This document shows positions 19,047 through 28,259 of a stretch of DNA of 64,000 nucleotides, piece by piece; within the stretch, counting starts at the first letter, position 1; every line of letters starts with the position of its first letter. The stretch is from Syntrophorhabdaceae bacterium (GTDB taxonomy: Bacteria; Desulfobacterota; Syntrophorhabdia; Syntrophorhabdales; Syntrophorhabdaceae): positions 2,912,001 through 2,976,000 of the forward strand of contig OY762209.1 of assembly GCA_963665295.1 (NCBI GenBank). Direction: 5' to 3'. The notes under the pieces were generated by a model. It was not told where the DNA came from and did no database searches. It worked only from the letters and a program-made list of their open reading frames with translations. The position numbers and the translations under genes are program-made.

Positions 19047-19397
19047 AGATCACCTTATCTGTCATTAAGGCTGATATCGGTAGCATCGGCGGTCACATCA
19101 GACCGAGCGCGAGACTGCTCAAGCGGGTATCGGAGTATATCGGAGACGAGGGCAGGGAGTTGGTCCATGACTTCTTCCCATGCATTCTGCGTCCATAAGG
19201 GCAAACTGACCGAACCGGCGGATGCATTTGACCACCCGTATCGGGATTACATAAGGAACATCGTGTCGAGAAAGTCGACCGGGATAAGACAGCAGGGATT
19301 TTCGGGCGCCGCAATGCTGCCTTACTCCGAACCGGAGTATGGCGGGATCGTCAAGAAAATGGAGAGACTCGAGCCCAAATTTAAGATAAAGGGCTGA
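19043..19397 (+). pseudogene. Class V fructose-1,6-bisphosphate aldolase/phosphatase, internally deleted and frameshifted
   Basis: N-terminus MKITLSVIKADIGSIGGH (~45 aa) joined out of frame near 19180 to C-terminus GKLTEPADAFD...RQQGFSGAAMLPYSEPEYGG. Confidence 0.85.
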
Positions 19398-19474
19398 CGC
19401 GAAAAAGATTAAAGAGACGGTAAGTGGTGAGGTGGTGATTTCCCTCACCACTTGTTACTTCGGGGACAGGGTAC

Positions 19475-20800
19475 ATGAAATTCTATATAGAAACCTTCGG
19501 ATGCCAGATGAACGAGCATGACACGGAGAAGATGGCGTCCCTCCTGACGGATGACGGGTACGAGCGACTGCCGAGCGCCGACGGCGCGGACGTGGTGATC
19601 GTGAACACCTGCGCGGTGCGGGAAAAAGCGGAGCAGAAATTTTACAGCTTCATGGGCAGATTGAGGATTATAAAGAAGAGGAGGAAGCTACTCCTCGGTG
19701 TCACCGGCTGCATAGCTCAGATGGAGAAGGACCAGATTAAGGAGCGGCTGCCCTTCATCGATTTTTCCTTAGGACCTTCGAGTATCAGCAGGATCGGTGA
19801 GGCTATAGAGCACGCATCGAAGAAACATAGTTTTCTCGACTTTTCCGACAACGGGTGCAACGGTCCCTTTTTTGTGAAATCAGGAGATACAAACGGCGGC
19901 CTGAAGTCATATATTACTATCATGAAAGGCTGCAATAATTTCTGCAGTTATTGCATCGTGCCTTATGTGCGGGGGCGCGAAACAAGCAGGAAAAGCGGTG
20001 ATGTCCTGGAGGAGATAGAGGGTCTGGCCCAAAAAGGCGTCAAGGAGGTCACTCTCCTGGGGCAGAATGTGAACTCCTACAATAAAGGAGCGGACGACCT
20101 TTCATTTCCGGACCTTCTCACAGCGATAAACAGGATAGATGGTATCCAAAGGATCAGGTTTATCACATCCCATCCCAAGGACCTGTCCCCGGAGCTTATA
20201 GGCCGTTTCGGAGAACTCGAAAAACTCTGCGAGCATATCCATCTCCCCTTCCAGTCGGGTTCCGATAGGATACTTCGCCTGATGAACCGGGGATACACGG
20301 CGGCGGAATATACGGATAAGATCGGACTCCTCAGGGAGAAATGCCCGGGCATCGCCTTGACCGCCGACTGCATCGTCGGTTTTCCTGGGGAAGATGAATC
20401 CGCCTTTGCCGACACCATGGAGCTTGTTCGGAACGTGAAATTTGACGGAATATTCTCCTTTGTCTATTCCCCGAGGAAATTGACCGCCGCGGCGGACCTT
20501 ATGGGCCTTGTGCCGAGAGAAGTAGGGCTCGAACGGCTTGCGGCCTTGCAGGACCTCCAGAAGACGATCACCATCGACAGGAATAAGGCCATGGAAGGGA
20601 AAAAGGTGGAAGTCCTCGCGGAAGACATGAGCAAGAACTCCGGCGAAGAGATCATGGGGAGAACGAGAACCAACAAGATCGTCAATTTCAAAGGTGACAG
20701 GGACATGATTGGAGAACTGGTCGTGGTGGGCATAGTGAAAGGCTATGCAAATTCGCTCAAGGGTGAGATATCATCCGAAATTGAAGGAGGTACAACATGA
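19475..20800 (+). CDS. miaB: tRNA-2-methylthio-N6-dimethylallyladenosine synthase
   Basis: TFGCQMNEHD, NTCAVREKAE, CNNFCSYC radical-SAM motif, LLGQNVNSY, TRAM domain. Confidence 0.96.
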   Translation: MKFYIETFGCQMNEHDTEKMASLLTDDGYERLPSADGADVVIVNTCAVREKAEQKFYSFMGRLRIIKKRRKLLLGVTGCIAQMEKDQIKERLPFIDFSLGPSSISRIGEAIEHASKKHSFLDFSDNGCNGPFFVKSGDTNGGLKSYITIMKGCNNFCSYCIVPYVRGRETSRKSGDVLEEIEGLAQKGVKEVTLLGQNVNSYNKGADDLSFPDLLTAINRIDGIQRIRFITSHPKDLSPELIGRFGELEKLCEHIHLPFQSGSDRILRLMNRGYTAAEYTDKIGLLREKCPGIALTADCIVGFPGEDESAFADTMELVRNVKFDGIFSFVYSPRKLTAAADLMGLVPREVGLERLAALQDLQKTITIDRNKAMEGKKVEVLAEDMSKNSGEEIMGRTRTNKIVNFKGDRDMIGELVVVGIVKGYANSLKGEISSEIEGGTT

Positions 20801-21294
20801 TGAAAGAGATGAGAGTTGCGGGCATTACCGTGGATCCTTTCACTAATACACCGATCGTAATTTTGAAGGACCTTGAGGACGAGGAGGCGCTTCCGATCTG
20901 GATCGGCCTCCTCGAAGCATCGAGTATTGCCACCGCGATTGAAAATATTCAGACCCCGAGGCCCATGACCCACGACCTGCTGAAGAATATTCTTGACAGG
21001 CTCCACGCAGAGGTCATCAAGATAGAGGTAAACGACCTTAAGGAGAACACCTTCTACGCGCTCCTTCACGTGAGGGTAGGGAACGAAACGTTCACTATCG
21101 ACTCGAGACCGAGTGACGCTATCGCCATTGCCCTTCGGACCGGCGCGTCCATATTCGTGGAAGAAGGCGTGATAAAGAGGGCGGCCAAGGTAGAGGCCAC
21201 CCAGAAAGGCGACAAGGTGGTTACCGATACGACGGAATGGGAAGAACTGCTGGAAGGTCTTTCCCAGGAAGATTTCGGCAAATACAAGATGTAG
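20797..21294 (+). CDS. Bifunctional nuclease family (DUF151)
   Basis: LPIWIG, PRPMTHDLL, DSRPSDAIAIALR. Confidence 0.93.
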   Translation: MMKEMRVAGITVDPFTNTPIVILKDLEDEEALPIWIGLLEASSIATAIENIQTPRPMTHDLLKNILDRLHAEVIKIEVNDLKENTFYALLHVRVGNETFTIDSRPSDAIAIALRTGASIFVEEGVIKRAAKVEATQKGDKVVTDTTEWEELLEGLSQEDFGKYKM

Positions 21295-21296
21295 CC

Positions 21297-21956
21297 ATGA
21301 TAGACCTTCATACCCATTCATTACTGAGCGACGGCGAGCTTCTGCCCTCCGAGTTGATACGGAGGGCGAAGGTAAGAGGATACAGGATGATCGGTATCTC
21401 GGACCATGTGGACATTTCCAACATTGAAAGAGTTGCCTCTTCAGTCCTGAAGTTGAGTGAGAAGATCGAGCATTACGAGGATATTACCATTCTGCCGGGG
21501 GTCGAGATCACCCATGTGCCGAAAAGGCTTGTGAAAGAGACAATAGCCCTGGCACGGAGGCTTGGCATTTTCTACGTGGTGGTCCACGGGGAGACCATCG
21601 CCGAGCCGGTGGAAGAAGGGACGAACAGACAGGCCATAGAGGGCGGGGCGGATATACTTGCCCATCCCGGTATCATATCGGAGGAAGATGTGCTCCTTGC
21701 AAAGGAGCGCAACGTTCTCCTCGAAATAAGCGGACGGAAAGGCCATTCCCTGTCGAACGGTCATGTGGCGAAGCTTGCCGGCAGGATTGGCGCGAAACTG
21801 GTATTCAACACCGATGCCCACAGTCCTTCCGACCTGGTTACGGAGCAGCAGGCGAGGAGGGTGGTTATGGGGGCCGGACTTACAGCGGAGGATTTTTACG
21901 TGATGCAGGAGAATGCGGTTGCGTTGGTAAAAAAGGCGATAGGGAAAAAGTCATGA
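21297..21956 (+). CDS. PHP-domain protein (putative histidinol-phosphate phosphatase)
   Basis: DLHTHS..SDG, DH, VVHGET, ILAHPG, NTDAH; adjacent to hisC. Confidence 0.85.
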   Translation: MIDLHTHSLLSDGELLPSELIRRAKVRGYRMIGISDHVDISNIERVASSVLKLSEKIEHYEDITILPGVEITHVPKRLVKETIALARRLGIFYVVVHGETIAEPVEEGTNRQAIEGGADILAHPGIISEEDVLLAKERNVLLEISGRKGHSLSNGHVAKLAGRIGAKLVFNTDAHSPSDLVTEQQARRVVMGAGLTAEDFYVMQENAVALVKKAIGKKS

Positions 21957-23029
21957 GTCTCACCATAGATGAGAGTGTAAAGAAAATCCCTTATTACCCG
22001 AGAGCAATGATGTACGGACTTGAAGAAGGATGGGTAAGGCTTGCGTCGAACGAGAACCCTTACCCCCCGTCGGCGAAGGTCCTGTCATCCATCATGGATG
22101 TGCTTTTGGACATGAACAGGTATCCGGGTGGAGAAGGTGATCTGAAAGACGCTATTGCGGACCTTTACGGAATCAAATCCGACCAGATCGTCCTGGGCGA
22201 CGGCTCGGACGAGTTGATAGAGATGATATTGAGGGCCATGAAACTCGAAGGGCGGAACGAAGTGATCGTGGCCGAGCCCTCATTCCCCTTCTATACGATC
22301 GCGGCAGCGATTTATGGGTATGAAGTCCGGAAAGTGCCCATTGTCGATATGAAAGTGGATCTGGCGTCCATAAAGAACGCCATAGACGAACGCACGAGGG
22401 TCGTCTTTCTCAACAACCCCCTCAATCCGACAGGAACCTTCTTTAACGACGAATCCTTTCGTTCCTTTCTCGCAGACCTGCCATCGGACGTGCTTCTGGT
22501 GGTCGATGAAGCCTATGCGGAATTTGCGGAAGACAAGAGGTTTCCCGACACGTTCCCCTGGGTGAACAGCCACCCGGTCATCGTGCTCAGGACCTTTTCA
22601 AAGGCTTACGCCCTTGCGGGCCTTCGCATCGGGTACGGGGTGGCGGAAGCATCCCTGATCTCCTACCTCGACAGGGCCAAACAACCTTTCAGCGTAAACG
22701 TGCTCGCCCTGACAGGGGCGCGCGCGGCCGTGGCCGACAGGCCCTACCTTGCAAGAATCCTGGAGAATAACCGAAAAGGGAAGGAGTTCCTTTACGCCGG
22801 ACTGAAGAGGCTTTCCCTTGAATACGTTCCCACAGAGGCGAACTTCATACTCTTCAGGCTCGGCGAACAGGCGGAGGCCGCAGTAAAGAGACTTTTCGAG
22901 GAGAAGATTCTCGTGAGGTGGATGGGAGCCTACAAGCTTCCCGAATATATCAGGGTATCGGTGGGCACGCCCGATGAGAACACCCGGTTTATCGAGGCCT
23001 TGGGCCGGATAGTAGAAGAAGGAAGATAA
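21953..23029 (+). CDS. hisC: Histidinol-phosphate aminotransferase
   Basis: LASNENP, GSDELI, NPLNPTG, DEAY, RTFSKAYALAGLRIGY. Confidence 0.93.
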   Translation: MSLTIDESVKKIPYYPRAMMYGLEEGWVRLASNENPYPPSAKVLSSIMDVLLDMNRYPGGEGDLKDAIADLYGIKSDQIVLGDGSDELIEMILRAMKLEGRNEVIVAEPSFPFYTIAAAIYGYEVRKVPIVDMKVDLASIKNAIDERTRVVFLNNPLNPTGTFFNDESFRSFLADLPSDVLLVVDEAYAEFAEDKRFPDTFPWVNSHPVIVLRTFSKAYALAGLRIGYGVAEASLISYLDRAKQPFSVNVLALTGARAAVADRPYLARILENNRKGKEFLYAGLKRLSLEYVPTEANFILFRLGEQAEAAVKRLFEEKILVRWMGAYKLPEYIRVSVGTPDENTRFIEALGRIVEEGR

Positions 23030-23091
23030 GAAAAAGTACGCGTAAAGGAAGGCCGGTGTCCGAGTGAACATGACCCGGCAAGGGGGTACTA

Positions 23092-23769
23092 GTGTCCGAA
23101 ACCACAACCAAAGGCCTCATCGTCACCATAGACGGGCCAAGCGGCGCCGGGAAAAGCACGGTAGCCAGAATGCTTGCGAAGGCCCTCCACTATACTTATA
23201 TTGACACGGGAGCAATGTACAGGGGCGTGGCGGTTGCCTACGCCAAGGCGGGAAAACCCGGAGACCTGGAGGGTTTTCTCAAGGAACTCGATATCGAATT
23301 CGACTTCAGGGGCGACACGTCGGTTACGCTTCACGGAGAAGACATAAGCGGCAGAATCAGGGAGCCTGAAATTTCGCTTCTTGCGTCGAACCTCTCGCAG
23401 AACAGGGTCGTGAGGGAATATCTCTGGGCGATCCAAAGGGAAATGGGCAAAAAAGGCGGGATAGTACTGGAGGGAAGGGATACGGGCAGCGTGGTATTCC
23501 CTGACGCAGAGGTGAAATTCTACCTTGACGCAGATCTCTCCGAGCGGGCGAGAAGGAGACACCTTGAACTCGCGTCGAAGGGCGCGGCCCCGGATTCCGT
23601 CACCGTGGAGACGGAGATGGCCGAGAGGGACAGGAACGATTCCGGTCGGGATATTGCGCCGCTGGTGATCCCTGAAGGGGCGGTACGCGTGGATACCTCG
23701 GGGATCGATGCAAAGCAGGTCACCGATATCATGCTCCGTCATATTTCCGGGAAGGGCAGAAAGGGATGA
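23092..23769 (+). CDS. cmk: Cytidylate kinase
   Basis: IDGPSGAGKST, DTGAMYR, EGRDTGSVVFPDA. Confidence 0.97.
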   Translation: MSETTTKGLIVTIDGPSGAGKSTVARMLAKALHYTYIDTGAMYRGVAVAYAKAGKPGDLEGFLKELDIEFDFRGDTSVTLHGEDISGRIREPEISLLASNLSQNRVVREYLWAIQREMGKKGGIVLEGRDTGSVVFPDAEVKFYLDADLSERARRRHLELASKGAAPDSVTVETEMAERDRNDSGRDIAPLVIPEGAVRVDTSGIDAKQVTDIMLRHISGKGRKG

Positions 23770-24587
23770 AAGTAATCAAGTCCAAACACTCGGGGTTTTG
23801 CTTCGGAGTCAAACGGGCCATCGGAATTGTGGAGAAGGAACTCCGGCAGGGCGCACGCAAGCTCTATACCATAGGCCCCATAATTCATAACCCCCAGATG
23901 GTAAAAATGCTCGAGGAGAGGGGCGTGGTCCCCCTTCATGACATCCGTGAGGCTGACGAGGGAGTGGTCGTATTCAGAACTCACGGTATAAGGAAAGAAG
24001 AAGAGGAATACATTGGAATGCGGAACCTGAGGGCTGTCGATGCCGTGTGCCCTTTTGTGAAGAAGGTAAGGAAGTACGCGCTCTATCTTGAGAAAAACGG
24101 CTATACTGTCGTAATCGTTGGAGATAAAAACCACCCGGAAGTGAAAAGTGTATTGAGTTATTTGAACAATGATGGTATTGTATTGCAAAAACCGGCTCCT
24201 GTCCGCGCAAAGAAGATCGGGGTCGTGAGTCAGACTACGCTTGACAACGACACTTTTACGGGCGTAGTCAACGGGCTTATAGAAGGGGCGGAGGAAATAA
24301 GGGTTTACAATACGATCTGCGAGAGCACGCAAGTCAGGCAAAAGGAAGCGGCAGATCTCTCCTCCGAGGTAGACGTCATGCTGATCGTGGGTGGCAGGAA
24401 CAGCTCGAATACAACGAAACTTTACAACATAGTAAAGAAGATACAGCCCCGCACCTATCACATAGAGACAGAAGCTGATTTGCAGCCTGAATGGTTTGCC
24501 GGGGCAGAAAGAGTGGGGATAACAGGGGGTGCTTCAACTCCTGATCTCATAATAGATTTAGTGGAGAGGCGCGTAAAAAACTTTTAG
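23766..24587 (+). CDS. ispH: 4-hydroxy-3-methylbut-2-enyl diphosphate reductase
   Basis: GFCFGVKRA, IIHN, CPFV, HPEV, SQTT, TIC, SSNT, GASTP. Confidence 0.97.
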   Translation: MKVIKSKHSGFCFGVKRAIGIVEKELRQGARKLYTIGPIIHNPQMVKMLEERGVVPLHDIREADEGVVVFRTHGIRKEEEEYIGMRNLRAVDAVCPFVKKVRKYALYLEKNGYTVVIVGDKNHPEVKSVLSYLNNDGIVLQKPAPVRAKKIGVVSQTTLDNDTFTGVVNGLIEGAEEIRVYNTICESTQVRQKEAADLSSEVDVMLIVGGRNSSNTTKLYNIVKKIQPRTYHIETEADLQPEWFAGAERVGITGGASTPDLIIDLVERRVKNF

Positions 24588-24595
24588 GGGGTCAC

Positions 24596-26317
24596 ATGGT
24601 AGAGACTGTTGACACATCTGCACAAAAAGAGAATACCGTAGAGGAGATGAAGGAGCTCTATGAGACTTCCCTGAGGAGTCTGCAAGACGGTAATATTTTG
24701 AAGGGAAAAATCATCGATATCAACGGCGACGCGGTCATCGTGGACGTGGGCCTGAAGTCTGAAGGTAAGGTTTCCCTCTCCGAGTTCGGCGGTACGGAAG
24801 TAAAAGTGGGAGATGAAGTCGAGGTCATGGTCGTAGGCAGGGAAAGGGAATTCGGCCTCCTGCTCCTTTCCAAGCAAAAAGTTGACGGTATCAGGGTCTG
24901 GACCAACCTCGAAAAAGCGAGTGAAGACGGTACCCCTGTGGATGGAGATATTATATCGGAAGTAAAGAGCGGTTTCATGGTGGACCTGGGTGGAGTACAC
25001 GCCTTCCTTCCCATATCGCAGGTGGACGTGAAGCCCGTGAAGAACCCCGCATCCTTTGTGGGCAGGCATCTGAAGTTCAAAGTGCTCAAGGTAAACAAAC
25101 GGAAAGGCAACGTAATAGTTTCGAGAAGAATCCTGATGGAGGAAGAGCGGGAAAAGAAGAAACAGGAATTCTGGAAGAATATCAAAGACGGGCAGGTCGT
25201 GTACGGGTTCATCAGGAATATTACCGACTACGGTGCGTTTGTGGACCTTGGCGGCGTTGACGGCCTCCTCTATCTTAACGACATTACGTGGGGCAGGATA
25301 ACCCACCCCAAGGAATACCTGAGGGTCGGCGATGAGGTTAAAGTAAAGGTACTCGCCATCGATTACGAAAAAGAACGGATCTCGGTAGGCATAAAGCAGT
25401 TGAAGGCCGATCCGTGGCTCAAGATAGAAGAGAAATATCCCGAAGCGGCAAAGGTAAAAGGCAAGGTAGTCGGGATCGTGGATTACGGCGTTTTTGTGGA
25501 GCTCGAGCAAGGCGTGGAGGGGCTGCTCCATATAAGCGAAATGAGTTGGGACAGGAAGCTCAAGAACCCGGGCAAGCTCGTAAACAAGGGAGACTGGCTG
25601 GAACTCGTAATTCTCGGATTCGACAAGGAGAAAAAGAGGATATCCCTCGGCATGAAGCAGTTGCTGCCCGACCCATGGGAAGAACTGACGGGTGAGTACC
25701 CTCCCGGCTCGGTGGTAAAGGGTAAGGTCAAGAATTTCACCGAATTCGGCATGTTCGTGGGCATCGGGAACGGTATAGACGGATTGATCCATATTTCCGA
25801 GATATCATGGTCGAGAAGAAAAAAGATCGTATCCGAGACCTATAAGAAGGGCATGCCCGTGGAAGCGCTCGTCCTGAACGTGGACAAGGATGCCAAGAAG
25901 TTTTCCCTGAGCATAAAGAGACTGAAAGATGACCCCTGGAAGGGACTCGTTACCCGCTATCATTCGGGTGACACGGTGGAAGGGTATGTTACGAGTATTA
26001 CCGACTTCGGCGTGTTTGTGGAGATAGAGGAAGGCGTGGAAGGCCTTATACATCTCTCCGAGATAGAGGACCTGCAGGGCAAGAATCTCGGAGACCTCTT
26101 TACCCTGGACGATACGGTAAAGGCGGCCATCCTGAGCATAGATGAGAAGAACAAGAGAATAGGCCTCAGTGTCAAGGCGCTGAGAAAGGCTGAAGACAAG
26201 AGGTCGGGCGACTCGTTCGTCATCAATATCAACAAGGACGAGGGGGCCTTTTCCACTCTTGGGGACGCGTTTGAGCGCGCCATGAACAGAGATAACAACC
26301 ACGATACTTCCGCGTGA
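24596..26317 (+). CDS. rpsA: 30S ribosomal protein S1
   Basis: Six S1 repeats (YGAFVDLGGVDGLL, FGVFVEIEEGVEGLIH); canonical cmk-ispH-rpsA order. Confidence 0.97.
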   Translation: MVETVDTSAQKENTVEEMKELYETSLRSLQDGNILKGKIIDINGDAVIVDVGLKSEGKVSLSEFGGTEVKVGDEVEVMVVGREREFGLLLLSKQKVDGIRVWTNLEKASEDGTPVDGDIISEVKSGFMVDLGGVHAFLPISQVDVKPVKNPASFVGRHLKFKVLKVNKRKGNVIVSRRILMEEEREKKKQEFWKNIKDGQVVYGFIRNITDYGAFVDLGGVDGLLYLNDITWGRITHPKEYLRVGDEVKVKVLAIDYEKERISVGIKQLKADPWLKIEEKYPEAAKVKGKVVGIVDYGVFVELEQGVEGLLHISEMSWDRKLKNPGKLVNKGDWLELVILGFDKEKKRISLGMKQLLPDPWEELTGEYPPGSVVKGKVKNFTEFGMFVGIGNGIDGLIHISEISWSRRKKIVSETYKKGMPVEALVLNVDKDAKKFSLSIKRLKDDPWKGLVTRYHSGDTVEGYVTSITDFGVFVEIEEGVEGLIHLSEIEDLQGKNLGDLFTLDDTVKAAILSIDEKNKRIGLSVKALRKAEDKRSGDSFVININKDEGAFSTLGDAFERAMNRDNNHDTSA

Positions 26318-26334
26318 TGCGGGGAGGCGGGTGC

Positions 26335-26511
26335 ATGCCTATAAGTAAAGAGTTACTTGACATACTTTGCTGCCCGAAGTGCAAGGGCGACATACGGCTC
26401 AATGAATCGAAAGATGGGCTTATCTGCGATTCATGCAAGCTTTTGTATCCCATAAAGGACGATATACCCGTCATGCTCATTGACGAGGCATTACCGATTG
26501 ATCCGAAGTAG
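26335..26511 (+). CDS. Trm112/YcaR-family protein
   Basis: LLDILCCPKCKG...YPIKDDIPVML. Confidence 0.92.
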   Translation: MPISKELLDILCCPKCKGDIRLNESKDGLICDSCKLLYPIKDDIPVMLIDEALPIDPK

Positions 26512-26517
26512 CCGCAT

Positions 26518-27399
26518 GTGATTGTAGATTTTATCCTGATTTTTATCATCAAGTCGTTTCAGCAGTTCCTGAGGCTTTTGCCCGAACACGTTCAACAACG
26601 AGTCGGGCTCGCCTTGGGGAGAGGGATGCACCTCGTATTGGGGAAGAGACGGCGTGTTGCGGTCTCGAACCTCAAAAAGGCTTTCCCTCACCTCGATGAC
26701 AAGGCCGCTTCAACCATTGCAAAGAAGTGTTTTGAGAACCTCGGAATAAACTTCGTGGAATCCATGGTCCTTCCTTTCATCCCGAAGGATGAGTTTCCCA
26801 CCCGTTTCACCATGGTGAACAGGCATTTCGCCGACGAGGCCCTGGATAGAAACAAGGGCATGATGGCCCTCGTTTTCCACTATGCGAACTGGGAGATCAT
26901 GGGTGTCGCATCCCATTTCCTGGAGCGGGACATCATAGTCCTTGCGCGGCCGCTGAAAAGGCACCAACGGATCAACGCCTATCTGAACCAACTCAGGGGA
27001 CAGACGGGGCTTACGGTCATACCCAATGCCAACACGGGCAAGGATGTGATCAGGTACCTCAAAGAGAATAAGATCGTGGCAATCCTCGGAGACCAGAGGG
27101 AGAAACGGTCAAAGGGCGTTTATGTGGAGTTTTTCGGCGACAAGGCGCCCACCTCCAAAGGTATCGCCATGATCGGCATGAAAACGGGGGCTCCCGTGGT
27201 TCCTTTCTATTACAGGAGGGAGGGGTTTCTGCGATACGCCATAGTCTGTTCCCCCGCTCTCGAGATGGAGAGGAAAGGCAACATTGAGGAGCTTATCTAC
27301 CGCAACACGAGAAAGATAAACGCCTTTCTCGAGGACATCATAAGGGAGCGTCCGGAGGAATGGTTCTGGGTGCACAGACGATGGGCGAGGAAGAGTTAG
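26518..27399 (+). CDS. Lipid A late acyltransferase (LpxL/HtrB family)
   Basis: HYANWE, GDQ, VEFFG, PEEWFWVHRRW. Confidence 0.9.
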   Translation: MIVDFILIFIIKSFQQFLRLLPEHVQQRVGLALGRGMHLVLGKRRRVAVSNLKKAFPHLDDKAASTIAKKCFENLGINFVESMVLPFIPKDEFPTRFTMVNRHFADEALDRNKGMMALVFHYANWEIMGVASHFLERDIIVLARPLKRHQRINAYLNQLRGQTGLTVIPNANTGKDVIRYLKENKIVAILGDQREKRSKGVYVEFFGDKAPTSKGIAMIGMKTGAPVVPFYYRREGFLRYAIVCSPALEMERKGNIEELIYRNTRKINAFLEDIIRERPEEWFWVHRRWARKS

Positions 27400-27406
27400 G
27401 CCCGGG

Positions 27407-28204
27407 CTACTTGCCGGGGCCATAGAAAAGCCGTTCCACAAACCAGCCCGCCTTATTGAGGAGTCTCTTTCTCCCGGCCTTCTGCTCCATGACGGAGACG
27501 ATATTATACCCGGAAAGCCTCCGGTAGGTCCTGAGAAAAAGGACTCTTTCCCTCAAACTGAAGGCGGCGACACCCTTTCTCTCCATCTTCTCGGCGAACC
27601 TGTTCAGCCTCCAGAACATGCGGATCATGAGGTCTTTTGTCGATCCATCTCTCACGCTTTTATCAAAGTCGAGGAATATCATCCCCTGTTTCGCGGTAAC
27701 GAGGACATTGTTGAGATGGAGATCCGGGTGATAGACGCCCAATCCCTCGAGACGGTAGAGGTGCGTTGCAAGCCGCCTTATGGCCCTCATCCGCGCCATT
27801 CTTCCCGACAGGGAGAGATATTCCAGTAAATCCACGGCCTTTTCCACAAACCGTGTGAGGAAGTAGAGGCGTCTCAAGAGAAAACGTTTTTCCACGATGA
27901 CTGCAAAGGGCTCCACCACAGGGAACCCGTTGTCTCTCAGATAGCGGGTGACTTCCATCTCCCTTATTGCCCTTCGGCTCGAAAGGAATATGTCCCTTGT
28001 GAAGGCCCTGAACAGCCCGCCATGAACATATTCCCTGCAGGCGAGTGTCGTGGGGCCTACTCGTACCAGACTGATGCCCCCACGGCCCTTGCCGTGTATC
28101 GTGGGCGCTTTCGCGAGTGCGTCTATCAGGAGAGAAGGCTCAACGGTTTCTTCCGCGAAGTAAACGGAATACCGTCCGTGGGTTATCTCTGTAAGGGGCG
28201 TCAT
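27407..28204 (-). CDS. Kdo kinase-like / LPS kinase (KdkA-InaA family)
   Basis: GRGG, YVHGG, RE, HPDLHLNNVL, LDFDK. Confidence 0.82.
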   Translation of the reverse strand: MTPLTEITHGRYSVYFAEETVEPSLLIDALAKAPTIHGKGRGGISLVRVGPTTLACREYVHGGLFRAFTRDIFLSSRRAIREMEVTRYLRDNGFPVVEPFAVIVEKRFLLRRLYFLTRFVEKAVDLLEYLSLSGRMARMRAIRRLATHLYRLEGLGVYHPDLHLNNVLVTAKQGMIFLDFDKSVRDGSTKDLMIRMFWRLNRFAEKMERKGVAAFSLRERVLFLRTYRRLSGYNIVSVMEQKAGRKRLLNKAGWFVERLFYGPGK

Positions 28205-28259
28205 GTCGAATGCCTATGAGTTTAAACGATAAACGCGGATTTTCCAACACTTCTTTTAA

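Noticed and set aside
28124..28131. 8-nt match to the start of spacer 1 in the Kdo kinase gene
   Set aside because: 8-mers are expected by chance, the match does not extend, and the flank is CTC
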